Below are positions 35,549 through 44,738 of a stretch of 64,000 bases of DNA, piece after piece. This DNA comes from Pseudomonadota bacterium. Lineage in GTDB: Bacteria > Pseudomonadota > Alphaproteobacteria > Acetobacterales > Acetobacteraceae. The position numbers were made by a program, and so were the translations under genes. Numbering within the stretch: the stretch's first letter is position 1; each line of letters begins with the position of its first letter. Location: the NCBI GenBank assembly GCA_018240635.1, contig JAFEFJ010000002.1:1251-65250 (forward strand), given 5' to 3'. The notes below the pieces were generated by a model that had not been told where the DNA came from, did no database searches, and was given only the letters and a program-made list of their open reading frames with translations.

Positions 35549-36720
35549 CGCACATGACCGAGACGTACGACGCGATCGTGGTGGGGGGCGGCCCGGCGGG
35601 CGCAACCGCCGCGACGGATCTGGCCGCGCGCGGACGCAGCGTGATGCTGCTTGACCGCGCCGGCCGCATCAAACCGTGCGGCGGCGCGATTCCGCCGCGG
35701 CTCATCAACGACTATGCAATTCCCGACGATCTGCTCGTCGCGCACGTCACCGCCGCCCGCATGGTCGCGCCGTCCGCGCGCTGGGTCGATATGCCGATCG
35801 AAGGCGGCTACGTCGGAATGGTCGACCGCGAGGTGTTCGACGAATGGCTGCGCGTGCGCGCGGCCGGGCGCGGCGCGCTCCGCCGCGTCGGGACGTTCGA
35901 CCGCATCGAGCGCGATCCGGATGGCACGTCGGTGGTGGTGTTCCGCGATGGGCGCGGGGAAGGGCGCGCGCGGGCGCGCTGCATCGTGGGCGCCGACGGC
36001 GCGCGTTCGAACGTGGCGCGGCAAAGCGTGCCGGGAGCGGCGCGCATGCGCTACGTCTTCGCCTACCACGAAATCGTGCGCAGCCCCGGATGGCTCGACG
36101 GCGAGCGCTGCGACGTCGTCTATCAGGGCGACCTGTCGCCCGACTTTTATGCCTGGATCTTCCCGCACGGCGAGACCACCAGCATCGGCACCGGCAGCGC
36201 GCGGAAGGGGTTTTCCCTGCGCGGCGCGGTGGGCGCGCTGCGCGATGCGGCTGGCTTCGGTGACGTGGAAACCGTCCGGCGCGAGGGCGCGCCGATCCCG
36301 ATGCAGCCGCTCCGCCGCTGGGACAACGGGCGCGATGTCGTCCTCGCCGGCGACGCCGCGGGCACCGTCGCCCCTGCCTCGGGCGAGGGGATCTACTACG
36401 CCATGGCGAGCGGCTCGCTTGCGGCCGACGCGGCCGAGGAATTCCTGCGCACCGGCGATTCGCGCGCGCTGAAGACCGCCCGCCGACGCTTCATGAAGGC
36501 GCACGGGCGCGTGTTCTGGATTCTCGGCATGATGCAGCACTACTGGTACGCCAGCGACAAGCGGCGGGAACGCTTTGTGCGCATCTGCGAGGATCCCGAC
36601 GTGCAGCACCTGACGTGGCAGGCCTACATGAACAAGCGCCTGATGCGCGCCCGCCCGGTCGCCCATGCGCGCATCTTCTTCAAGGATCTCGCGCATCTAG
36701 TGGGTCTCGCCTCCGCCTGA
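35545..36720 (+). CDS. bchP: Geranylgeranyl diphosphate/bacteriochlorophyll reductase
   Basis: MTHMTETYDAIVVGGGPAGATAATDLAARGRSVMLLDRAGRIKPCGGAIP..., BchP/ChlP signature. ATGA overlap with the bchG stop. Confidence 0.95.
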   Translation: MTHMTETYDAIVVGGGPAGATAATDLAARGRSVMLLDRAGRIKPCGGAIPPRLINDYAIPDDLLVAHVTAARMVAPSARWVDMPIEGGYVGMVDREVFDEWLRVRAAGRGALRRVGTFDRIERDPDGTSVVVFRDGRGEGRARARCIVGADGARSNVARQSVPGAARMRYVFAYHEIVRSPGWLDGERCDVVYQGDLSPDFYAWIFPHGETTSIGTGSARKGFSLRGAVGALRDAAGFGDVETVRREGAPIPMQPLRRWDNGRDVVLAGDAAGTVAPASGEGIYYAMASGSLAADAAEEFLRTGDSRALKTARRRFMKAHGRVFWILGMMQHYWYASDKRRERFVRICEDPDVQHLTWQAYMNKRLMRARPVAHARIFFKDLAHLVGLASA

Positions 36721-36768
36721 TGAAATCCGGCCTCCGCCTCCTATCTCCATCGAAGCAAGGAGGCGTGC

Positions 36769-37257
36769 GTGCTCATTCCCATCGTCGTCGCGATCGTCGC
36801 CGTCACCGTGGTCGCGGTTGCCGGCGCGCTGCTTACCCGCATCGACGGCTGGTATAGGGCGCTCCGCAAGCCAACCTGGCAGCCGCCGGACTGGCTGTTC
36901 GGTCCCGTCTGGACCGCCATCTTCGCGATGGTCGCCGCATCCGGCGTGCTGGCTTGGCGCGCCACGGAAGACGGCGGTCCCCGTGGCTGGATCCTCGGCC
37001 TGTTCGCGCTCAACGGCGTGCTCAACATGGCCTGGAGCGGCCTGTTCTTCACGCTGCGCCGGCCCGATTGGGCGCTGGCGGAGGTGGTTCCGCTCTGGCT
37101 TTCCATCGTGGCGCTGATCGTCGCGATCGCGCCGGTTTCGTCCGTGGGCGCATGGCTGCTCGTGCCCTATCTGCTCTGGGTGGCATTCGCCGCCTTTCTC
37201 AACCTTACCGTCGTCCGCCTGAACGGAACGGCGGCGCAGGGCGTGTCCGCCCGCTGA
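36769..37257 (+). CDS. tspO: Tryptophan-rich sensory protein TspO (CrtK)
   Basis: GTG start 5 nt after AAGGAGG. 162 aa, five TM helices. ...WYRALRKPTWQPPDWLFGPVWTAIF...LNMAWSGLFF...LLWVAFAAFLN..., TspO/MBR family. Confidence 0.9.
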   Translation: MLIPIVVAIVAVTVVAVAGALLTRIDGWYRALRKPTWQPPDWLFGPVWTAIFAMVAASGVLAWRATEDGGPRGWILGLFALNGVLNMAWSGLFFTLRRPDWALAEVVPLWLSIVALIVAIAPVSSVGAWLLVPYLLWVAFAAFLNLTVVRLNGTAAQGVSAR

Positions 37258-37380
37258 GGTGCCGGCTCGGCCCGCAGTTCTCCTGATTGCCGCGGCGATC
37301 GTTGCGGCCAGTGTCCTTGGTTTCGGGGCAGGGCACGGGCGTGTTGCCGCCTATCGCCGACCCATGCCAGAAACTCTGAT

Positions 37381-39201
37381 ATGAACCTAACCGCCCCCCA
37401 GCTCTGCCCCTGCGGCAGCGGCCTGCGCGCGATACGTTGCTGCAGCCAGCCGCAGGGCGCCCGCGCGCCGGCCGAGGCGACCCGCCACCTGATCCCGCTC
37501 GTCGAGCGGGCGCTGGCCGCGCATCGCCAGGGAGCGACTGAAACCGCCGAGCGGCTCTGCCTCGATGTGCTCGAACTCGCGCCGGACCGGATCGGGGCGC
37601 TGTCGGTGCTGTACGAGATCCGCAAGGCCCAGGGCAACCAGACCGCGGCCGAGGCGTTGCTGCGGCGTCTGGTCGGCCTCGATCCGAACAACCTGCTCGT
37701 TACGAACGAACTCGCGCTGATCCTGCTCGGCAAGGGCAGCATCGCGGAAGCGGAAGTCCACGCCCGCAACGCCGTACGCATCGCGCCTGAGAACCCGCAG
37801 GCCCACAACCTGATGGGCATGATCCTGACGGAGGCGAACCGGCCGCAAATCGGCGAATACCACTACCGCCGCGTCCTGGAACTCAGCGGCACGCGCGATC
37901 CGATAGTGCTCGCCAACCTCGCTTGGAACCTGAAGAACCAGGGTCGCATGGACGAGGCCCGCGCTCTCTACAAGGAGTCGGTGGCGGTCGCCCCGGACGT
38001 CCTGCAAACCCAGATCGGCTTCACGCGGCTCGAGGAAGCGGACCGGGATTTCCCCGCCGCGCTCCGCATCCTCGACGATGCGGACACGCGGTTTCCGGGC
38101 AATGTCGGTTTGCGCCTTGCCCGCGCCGCCGTTCTCGGGCGCATGCAGCGCTACAACGAAGCTGTCGCGCTCATCGACGGCGCGGCCACCGACAACGTCG
38201 CGCTCGGCCCGAACGAGCTGCTGGAGAAGGGACGCCTGCTCGACAAGATGGGCCGCTACGACGCGGCCTGGGCGGCCTACGCCGAAGGCAAGTCCCTTGC
38301 CCGGCAGCTCACCGGCCATGCCTATCTGGACGAGGCGGCGCGCAACCTGCTCGACCGGCTGCGCGGCTTCTTCATCGAGGGAAGGCTGCGCACGCTCCCA
38401 CGCGCAACCGTCCGCACCGACGTGCCACAGCCCATTTTCATCCTCGGCTTTCCGCGCTCTGGCACCACGCTCGTCGAGCAGACCCTCTCCGCCCATCCGC
38501 GCATCGCGGCGGGCGACGAGCTGCCGCTGATCCACGAGATCACCGCGATCATGCCGCGCATGCTCGCCTCTCCGCTCGAATATCCGGAAGCCCTGGCCGA
38601 GCTATGGATGGGCGACCAGCGGGAAGGGCTCGACAACCTGCGCGACTACTACCTGCAGAAGGTGCGGCAGCTCGGCGTGCTGCGGCGCGGCGCGACGCGC
38701 TTCACCGACAAGATGCCGCTGAACGAGACGCATATCGGCCTGATCGGGCTGCTGTTTCCCGAAGCGCCGATGATCCATGTGCTGCGCCATCCGCTCGACA
38801 TCATGGTCTCGGCGTTCTCGAACGCGTTCACGCACGGCTTCAACTGCGCGGCCGACCTTCATACGGCGGCGACGCATTATGTGCGGGTGATGGACCTGGT
38901 GCAGCATTATCGCGGCGAGATGGCGCTGCGCTACCTGCCGGTCCGCTACGAGGACATCGTCGCCGGCCAGGAAGCCAGCGTCCGTGCCATCCTGGATTTC
39001 GTCGGCGAGGCGTTCGATCCCGCTTGCCTGGCGTTCCACGAAAACCGCCGCTACGCCCGCACCGCGAGCTACGCGCAGGTCACCGAGCCGCTGTACGACC
39101 GCTCGGTCGACCGGTGGCGGCATTACCGCGCGCATCTCGAACCGGTCATCCCGATCCTCGCGCCGGTGATCGAACGCCTCGGCTACCGGCTCGACCCGTG
39201 A
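37381..39201 (+). CDS. SEC-C motif / TPR-repeat / sulfotransferase fusion protein
   Basis: 606 aa. N-terminal CPCGSGLRAIRCC (SEC-C metal-binding motif), then TPR-like repeats from about residue 40 to 330. The C-terminus has a PAPS-binding-type sulfotransferase motif (FILGFPRSGTTLVEQTL). Confidence 0.8.
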   Translation: MNLTAPQLCPCGSGLRAIRCCSQPQGARAPAEATRHLIPLVERALAAHRQGATETAERLCLDVLELAPDRIGALSVLYEIRKAQGNQTAAEALLRRLVGLDPNNLLVTNELALILLGKGSIAEAEVHARNAVRIAPENPQAHNLMGMILTEANRPQIGEYHYRRVLELSGTRDPIVLANLAWNLKNQGRMDEARALYKESVAVAPDVLQTQIGFTRLEEADRDFPAALRILDDADTRFPGNVGLRLARAAVLGRMQRYNEAVALIDGAATDNVALGPNELLEKGRLLDKMGRYDAAWAAYAEGKSLARQLTGHAYLDEAARNLLDRLRGFFIEGRLRTLPRATVRTDVPQPIFILGFPRSGTTLVEQTLSAHPRIAAGDELPLIHEITAIMPRMLASPLEYPEALAELWMGDQREGLDNLRDYYLQKVRQLGVLRRGATRFTDKMPLNETHIGLIGLLFPEAPMIHVLRHPLDIMVSAFSNAFTHGFNCAADLHTAATHYVRVMDLVQHYRGEMALRYLPVRYEDIVAGQEASVRAILDFVGEAFDPACLAFHENRRYARTASYAQVTEPLYDRSVDRWRHYRAHLEPVIPILAPVIERLGYRLDP

Positions 39202-39247
39202 CCGCACCCGATGGCGTCCCGTGCGGGGCCTGCCCGCGCCGGGCCTG

Positions 39248-40690
39248 ATGGAAACGCCGCCGTCAAATCCCAACGCGACGGTCTCCGCCGTGCAGGGCGG
39301 AATCGCACCGCCGATGGTGCCCATCCCGCTCGACGCCGCGCTTGCCATCGCGCGCGAACTGGAGAGTACCGGCCGCTTCGACGAGGCTTGGTCGATGCTG
39401 CAATTCATCCTCGCTGCGGCGCCGCAACAGGGCGAGGCCCTGCACCTCGCGGGGGTCGTCGCGTTCCGCCGCGGCGAGGGGGAGGCGGCGCTCCGGCTGA
39501 TGGAGCAGTCGCTGCAATACGGCATCGACCTGTCGCTCTATTGGCGGAACATCGCCGAACTCTATCGCGTGCTCGGCCGCCTCGACGACGCGATCGGAGC
39601 GGCGCGAAGGGCAACCAGGCTTGCGCCCGCCGATCCGCTCTGCCTGCAGAACCAAGCCATCATCCACTACCATCGGCTGGAGTTGGGCGAGGCGCTGGAT
39701 TGCAGCGCGCGCGCGCTTGCCATCGCCCCGGCGCTGCCCGGCGCGCATTTCGCCCGTGCGGAGGCGCTGCTGCTGCGCGGCGACTGGGCCGAGGGGTGGG
39801 AGGAATACGAGTGGCGCTTCCGCATCGGCGGCGCCGCGCCCCTGATGCCGCCGACCGATCGCCCGCAGTGGCAGGGCCGGCAAATCGCCGATGCGACGCT
39901 GCTTCTGGTCGCCGATCAGGGCTTCGGCGACGTCATCCAGTTCGGCCGGTATATCCCCTGGGCACGCCAGCGGTGCGCGCGTCTTGCCATCGCGTGCAGC
40001 GGCGAGATGCTGCCCGTCCTGCGCCGCCTCGCGCCGGATGCGGTCCTGTTCACGCGGTGGGACGACTGCCCTCCCTATGCCGCGTTCGCGGCGCTTTCGG
40101 GTCTGCCGCGCCTTGCGGGCACGCGACCGGAGAATGTGCCGGCCGACATCCCCTATCTTCGGCCCGATCCCGAGCGCGTCGCCCGCTGGACCGCCCGGCT
40201 CGACGGGCTCGTGCCGCGCGGGCTGCGCCGGATCGGGGTGATCTGGGCCGGGCGTCCGGCGCACAACAACGACCGCAACCGCAGCCTGCATCTTCCCGAT
40301 CTCGCTCCGCTCGGCGAGGTGCCGGGCATCGCATTGATCGCCTTGCAGAAAGGCGCCCGCACAGGCCAGGCCGGCGGATGGTTCGCGCGTGCGCCGCTCA
40401 TCAACGTCGGGGCCGAGATCGCGGACTACGAGGACACGATGGCGATCCTCGCGGTCCTTCAGGAGTTGGTTACGGTCGATACCTCCGTCGCCCATCTGGC
40501 GGGCGCGATGGGCCGCCCGGTGCGCGTCATGCTGCCGTTCGCGCCGGATTGGCGCTGGCTTCTCGGCCGCGCCGACACGCCCTGGTACCCGACGATGCGC
40601 CTGTACCGGCAGCAAGCGCCGCACCGATGGGCGCCGGTCATTGCCGGGATCGCGGGCGACTTGGCGGGGGCGTCTCCGCCCGCCGCCTGA
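39248..40690 (+). CDS. TPR-repeat protein fused to a GT9 (heptosyltransferase)-like glycosyltransferase domain
   Basis: N-terminal TPR repeats. The C-terminal half (...LLLVADQGFGDVIQFGRYIPW...VTVDTSVAHLAGAMGRPVRVMLPFAPDWRW...) matches the GT9-like fold seen in TPR-glycosyltransferases. ATG 39248 or GTG 39221 could be the start. Confidence 0.7.
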   Translation: METPPSNPNATVSAVQGGIAPPMVPIPLDAALAIARELESTGRFDEAWSMLQFILAAAPQQGEALHLAGVVAFRRGEGEAALRLMEQSLQYGIDLSLYWRNIAELYRVLGRLDDAIGAARRATRLAPADPLCLQNQAIIHYHRLELGEALDCSARALAIAPALPGAHFARAEALLLRGDWAEGWEEYEWRFRIGGAAPLMPPTDRPQWQGRQIADATLLLVADQGFGDVIQFGRYIPWARQRCARLAIACSGEMLPVLRRLAPDAVLFTRWDDCPPYAAFAALSGLPRLAGTRPENVPADIPYLRPDPERVARWTARLDGLVPRGLRRIGVIWAGRPAHNNDRNRSLHLPDLAPLGEVPGIALIALQKGARTGQAGGWFARAPLINVGAEIADYEDTMAILAVLQELVTVDTSVAHLAGAMGRPVRVMLPFAPDWRWLLGRADTPWYPTMRLYRQQAPHRWAPVIAGIAGDLAGASPPAA

Positions 40691-40721
40691 TCGCCGCCCC
40701 GACGGCGTCCGCAGCCTTGGG

Positions 40722-43700
40722 TCAGGCCGCGATGTGGCTGTGCAGCACCGCCAGCGGATCGGCCAGCGACTGGTCGGTCGAAGCGCCCGCGTAGTTCTGC
40801 GTCGTTCCCGTCGCGCCGCCGCTGCTGCCGACGGTCAGCGGCACGAGATCCTGCAACGCGACGGTCCCGGCCGGGGCCGCCTGGAACAGGATGTCGGTGC
40901 CGCCCTGGCCATCGCTCTGCAACCCGAAATTCTGGGTCGTGTAGCTGCCCTGGAATTGCAGCGTGCCGAGCGTCGCGCCTCCGGCTCCCTTCAGCGTCAG
41001 CGTGTGGTTCAGGAACGACAGCGAGGCGATGTTCAGGTTCCGCATGTCGATGACGTCGCCGGAAGCGAAGCCCGTGAAGGTGCTGGTCACCGCCGAGGTG
41101 GTGTTGACGACGAGCGTCTCGGAACCGCCCGTCGCGAAATTCACCTGCGAAACCGTCAGGCCCTTCTGCGTGACCACCGTGGAGCTGTTCGCGATGCTCA
41201 GGACGCCCGTGCCCGACACGTCGCTGGCAAGCGTCAGCGTGCCGCCCTGGCCGATGATCTTGCCGTTATCGACGATGCCGGCCGTTCCGCCGCCGCCGAT
41301 CTGGCCGCGCCCCGCCACCGTGAAGCCCTGCGCGACCGTGATCGCGCCAGCGGCCGCGGCAGCGGCGGCGGCATTGCCGCCGACGACGACCTTCCCGTTG
41401 GCGGATGCCGCCAGCGTCCCGCCGCCCATCGTCACGCCCGCGAGCTGAACGACGCCGGCCCCCGCCGTCTGCAGGATGCCGCCGCTTCGGATCGTGACCT
41501 GCCCGGCATCCGACAAGGACCCGCTCACGGCGAGCGTTCCGCTGTCCATGAGGCTCGTCCCCGCGCCCAGCGTGTTGCTGCCGGCCATGCGCCAGCTCGC
41601 GCCGGAGGCAACGCCGATGCTGGTGAAGCCGACATACTGGCTGCCCAGGCCCGCGATCGTGCCCGCCGACGCTGCCGATGCCAGGGTCAGCGAGTCGTTG
41701 CTTCCGTTGCCCTGCACCACGCCGTTGAACACCGCGCCGGGGGTCACGATCAGCGTGGCCGCGTTCGCCCCGAACAGCACCGCCTGGCCCGCCGATCCGG
41801 CCGAGCCGTAGGTGCTGCCGCCGCCTGCGCCGCCGGCGATCGTGCCGGAATTGGTCAGCGTCCCGCCGTTCAGATAGACGCCCACGCCGCCTGCGCCGCC
41901 GGCCGTGTAGAGCCCCGCGCCACCCGTGCCGCCCGTGATGCTGCCGGTGTTGGTCGCCGACCCGCCGGCCGCCAGGGAAAGGCCGGTGCCGCCGGCGCCG
42001 CCGGTATAGGCGCCGTTGCCCCCGGATCCGCCCGTCACCGTGCCGCTGTTGGTGGCGCTGCCGCCGACGGCCAGCAGGATGCCGATGCCGCCGGCCACGC
42101 TGTCGAAGCTGTAGCCGCCCGCACCACCCGTGACGCCGCCGCTGTTGACGACCGATCCGCCTGCCGACAGCACGATGCCAGCACCGCCGATGCCTGCCAG
42201 CGCCCCTTCGGCCCCCGCGCCGCCGGTGATGGCGCCCTGGTTCGTCAGCGTGCCGCCGCCATCGACCGCAAAGCCGATGCCGCCTGCGCCGGCGACGAAG
42301 CCGCCGCCGCCGATGCCGCCGGTGATCGTTCCATCGCTGGTGCTGCTGCCGCCGGTCAGAACGGCGCCGTCTCCGCCGGTCCCGCCAAGGCCGTACAGCC
42401 CGGCATAGTCGCCGGCGCCGCCGCTGATCGCGCCGAAGGCGGTCACCGTCGCGCCCGCCTCGATGATCAGGCCGGCTCCGCCGGCGCCGCCGATGTAGTA
42501 GCCGATGCCGCCGTCGCCGCCATGCACCGCGCCGGTGTTGGCGAATGTGCCGCCCGCCGCGACGTCGACGCCCGCACCGCCGGTGCCGCCGTTGAAGCCC
42601 TGTCCGCCCATGCCGCCGGTCACGATGCCGGGGCTCGTCAGCAAGCCCGCGCTGCCGACGACCGCGCCCGCGCCGCCGGTGCCGCCGATGGCGCCCGATC
42701 CTCCGGCGCCCCCGTTGATGGCGCCGTAGCTGGTCGCGCTGCTGCCGGCCAGGGAAAGGCCCGTGCCGCCGGTGCCGCCATACAGGCTGCTCCCGCCGGT
42801 GCCGCCTGCGATCAGGCCGTAATTGCCGATGGTCGCGCCGCTCGTGCCGGAAACGCCGGCGCCCCCCGCGCCGCCCGTCCCGTAGGTCCCGGCAAGGCCG
42901 CCGCCGCCGCCCGATATGGTCGCATAGTTGCCGACGGTCCCGCCCGCCGCGACCGCAATCCCGGCGCCGCCGGCACCGCCCGCCTCGTAAGAGTTGCCGC
43001 CGAGCCCCCCGGTGGTCTGGCCCGCGTTGTAGACGCCGCCGCCCGCCGTCAGCGCGACGCCCGTCCCGCCGGTGCCGCCGCTCGCGTAGCCATAGGCACC
43101 GCTGCCGCCGCCGATGGCGCCGTCGTTGGTCACGTAGGCGCCGTAGGTGCCGGCCTGCACGCCAGCGGCGGTCCCGGTGATCGTCCCCGTCGCCGTGTTC
43201 GACAGATAGCCGCCGCCGTTCAGCGTAACGCCGACGCCCGCGGTCCCGTTCGCGCGGATCAGGCCTGCGTTCATGATCGATCCGGAATCCTGGAGCGACA
43301 CGCCCGCCGCGACGCCGTTGATCGAACCGCTGTCGATATTCGTCAGCGTCGCCTGCGCATACGAGTTGACGGCAATGCCCTGCGGACCGTTCGCGACGAT
43401 GCTTCCGGCGTTCGAGACCGTGGCCACGCCGTCGTAAAGGTAAACGCCGAACTTGGTGCCGCCGATCACGCCGGTGCTGCCGTTCACCAGCGTGCCGCCG
43501 GCGTGCATCTCTAGGCCGATGCCGATGCTGCCGGGGCTCAGGATCTTGCCGAAATTAACAACCGTACCGGCAGCTGAGAAATAGACGCCGTATCCGGAAC
43601 CAGCGATCGTCCCCGTGGAGGCGTTGGAGACGTAGCCGCCGCTGATCATTTCGACGCCGAGGGCCGTCGTCACGCCAGGGCTCGTCGGGCCGGTGCCGCC

Positions 43701-44738
43701 GATGTAGCCGGCATTGATCACCGTTCCGGCGCCGTAGAGAGAACGGGCCCCCGCATACGATGCTGCGATCCGCCCCGTCGCTGCGTTGTTGATCACGCCG
43801 CCCAAATGCAGATCGACGCCGAAGCTCTTCGTCCCGGTCGCGGTAATCTGGCCGCCGTTGAGGATGGTGGCGACTCCGCCGTCGCTCACGACGCCATACG
43901 ACACGCCGCGGATCGAGCCGCGGGCGGCGTTCGAGACATAGCCGCCGGACAACAGGCCGATGCCGGCGCCGGCCGTGCCCGTTCCGGTGATCAGGCCGCC
44001 GTTGATGATCGTGCCCGATCCGGCTTCCACCGACACGCCGTAATAGGTGCCTGCGATCGTGCCGGTGGACTGATTGGTGACGGAGCCGCCACCATTCAAC
44101 GTCACGCCGTTCGCGAAGGTGCCGGTTCCGGTGGCGGCGATCGTGCCGGCGTTGACGACTGTTCCGCCGCCATAGATCCCAACGCCCGCATACAGGGCGG
44201 TGATCGACGCGCTCGCGGCGTTGGTTACCGTCCCGCCTTCGAACAGCGCGACGCCCACGCCCAACTTCGCGGTGGCGGAGATGCTGCCCTGGTTGACCAC
44301 CTTTCCGGCGACATCGTACAGAAATACTCCGCCCGCGCCGCCCGTGATGGCCGCCCCGGCCGCGTTGGTGACCGATCCGCCCCCAAACATCCCCACGCCG
44401 ATCGCGGTCTTGCCGCTTCCGGTGATCTTCCCGCGGTTGACGAGCAGGCCGTAGCCGTAGATGCCGACGCCCTTGTAGGTGCCGACGATCGAACCCGCCG
44501 CATTATTGGTGATCGTGCCTGAATTGCCCGCGCCGAACAGGGCGATGCCAATGCCTGTTGCCCCGGTTCCGCCGATGTTCCCGGAGTTGCTGATCGACCA
44601 CCCGCTGCTGTAGCCGACGATGGCGAATCCGACATTGGAGATCTTCACGCCGTTTTTGACGACGATTGGATTGAAGTAGGGATAGCTGCCGGAGTCGAGG
44701 TTGATGCCGATAGTCGTGCTGGCGGTTATTGTTGTCAT
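40722..44738 (-). CDS. 1338-aa Gly/Thr/Ser/Ala-rich repeat protein (predicted beta-helical; export route unknown)
   Basis: Uninterrupted 4017-nt ORF, with GGAG 8 nt upstream of ATG 44738. No N-terminal signal peptide (MTTITASTTIGINLDSG...). About 48-aa GGxVxN...GxIxG...GV units in the N-terminal part, then GGxGGxG-rich units, then a C-terminal part lacking an autotransporter barrel. Confidence 0.85.
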   Translation of the reverse strand: MTTITASTTIGINLDSGSYPYFNPIVVKNGVKISNVGFAIVGYSSGWSISNSGNIGGTGATGIGIALFGAGNSGTITNNAAGSIVGTYKGVGIYGYGLLVNRGKITGSGKTAIGVGMFGGGSVTNAAGAAITGGAGGVFLYDVAGKVVNQGSISATAKLGVGVALFEGGTVTNAASASITALYAGVGIYGGGTVVNAGTIAATGTGTFANGVTLNGGGSVTNQSTGTIAGTYYGVSVEAGSGTIINGGLITGTGTAGAGIGLLSGGYVSNAARGSIRGVSYGVVSDGGVATILNGGQITATGTKSFGVDLHLGGVINNAATGRIAASYAGARSLYGAGTVINAGYIGGTGPTSPGVTTALGVEMISGGYVSNASTGTIAGSGYGVYFSAAGTVVNFGKILSPGSIGIGLEMHAGGTLVNGSTGVIGGTKFGVYLYDGVATVSNAGSIVANGPQGIAVNSYAQATLTNIDSGSINGVAAGVSLQDSGSIMNAGLIRANGTAGVGVTLNGGGYLSNTATGTITGTAAGVQAGTYGAYVTNDGAIGGGSGAYGYASGGTGGTGVALTAGGGVYNAGQTTGGLGGNSYEAGGAGGAGIAVAAGGTVGNYATISGGGGGLAGTYGTGGAGGAGVSGTSGATIGNYGLIAGGTGGSSLYGGTGGTGLSLAGSSATSYGAINGGAGGSGAIGGTGGAGAVVGSAGLLTSPGIVTGGMGGQGFNGGTGGAGVDVAAGGTFANTGAVHGGDGGIGYYIGGAGGAGLIIEAGATVTAFGAISGGAGDYAGLYGLGGTGGDGAVLTGGSSTSDGTITGGIGGGGFVAGAGGIGFAVDGGGTLTNQGAITGGAGAEGALAGIGGAGIVLSAGGSVVNSGGVTGGAGGYSFDSVAGGIGILLAVGGSATNSGTVTGGSGGNGAYTGGAGGTGLSLAAGGSATNTGSITGGTGGAGLYTAGGAGGVGVYLNGGTLTNSGTIAGGAGGGSTYGSAGSAGQAVLFGANAATLIVTPGAVFNGVVQGNGSNDSLTLASAASAGTIAGLGSQYVGFTSIGVASGASWRMAGSNTLGAGTSLMDSGTLAVSGSLSDAGQVTIRSGGILQTAGAGVVQLAGVTMGGGTLAASANGKVVVGGNAAAAAAAAGAITVAQGFTVAGRGQIGGGGTAGIVDNGKIIGQGGTLTLASDVSGTGVLSIANSSTVVTQKGLTVSQVNFATGGSETLVVNTTSAVTSTFTGFASGDVIDMRNLNIASLSFLNHTLTLKGAGGATLGTLQFQGSYTTQNFGLQSDGQGGTDILFQAAPAGTVALQDLVPLTVGSSGGATGTTQNYAGASTDQSLADPLAVLHSHIAA
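41790..43125 (-). repeat. Gly-rich (GGxGGxG, PGRS-like) degenerate tandem coding repeats, about 32-aa unit
   Basis: Residues about 538-983 repeat GG-x-[VT]-x-N-x-G-x-I-x-GG-x-GG-x5-GG-x-GG-x-G. The DNA is dominated by GCC/GCCG runs on the plus strand. Confidence 0.6.
43126..44531 (-). repeat. Degenerate tandem coding repeats, about 48-aa unit (GGxVxN-x3-GxIxG-x3-GV...GxVxNxGxI...)
   Basis: Read from the translated protein, residues about 70-537. At least nine consecutive units begin GGSVTN, GGTVTN, GGSVTN, GGYVSN, GGVINN, GGYVSN, GGTLVN, ATLTN, GGYLSN. Confidence 0.6.

Noticed and set aside
40389-43514. 1041-aa ORF on the plus strand opposite the giant repeat gene
   Set aside because: It is an Arg/Ala/Asp-rich translation with no motifs. 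It is the antisense shadow of GGC/GCC-rich glycine codons. The minus-strand ORF is longer, has an SD and shows coherent repeat structure.
40722-44738. Calling the giant protein an RTX toxin/adhesin, an autotransporter or a PE_PGRS homologue
   Set aside because: It has only one GGxGxD-like string and no nonapeptide array. It has no signal peptide and no C-terminal barrel ending in an aromatic residue. The PGRS resemblance is compositional only. I kept it as an uncharacterised repeat protein.
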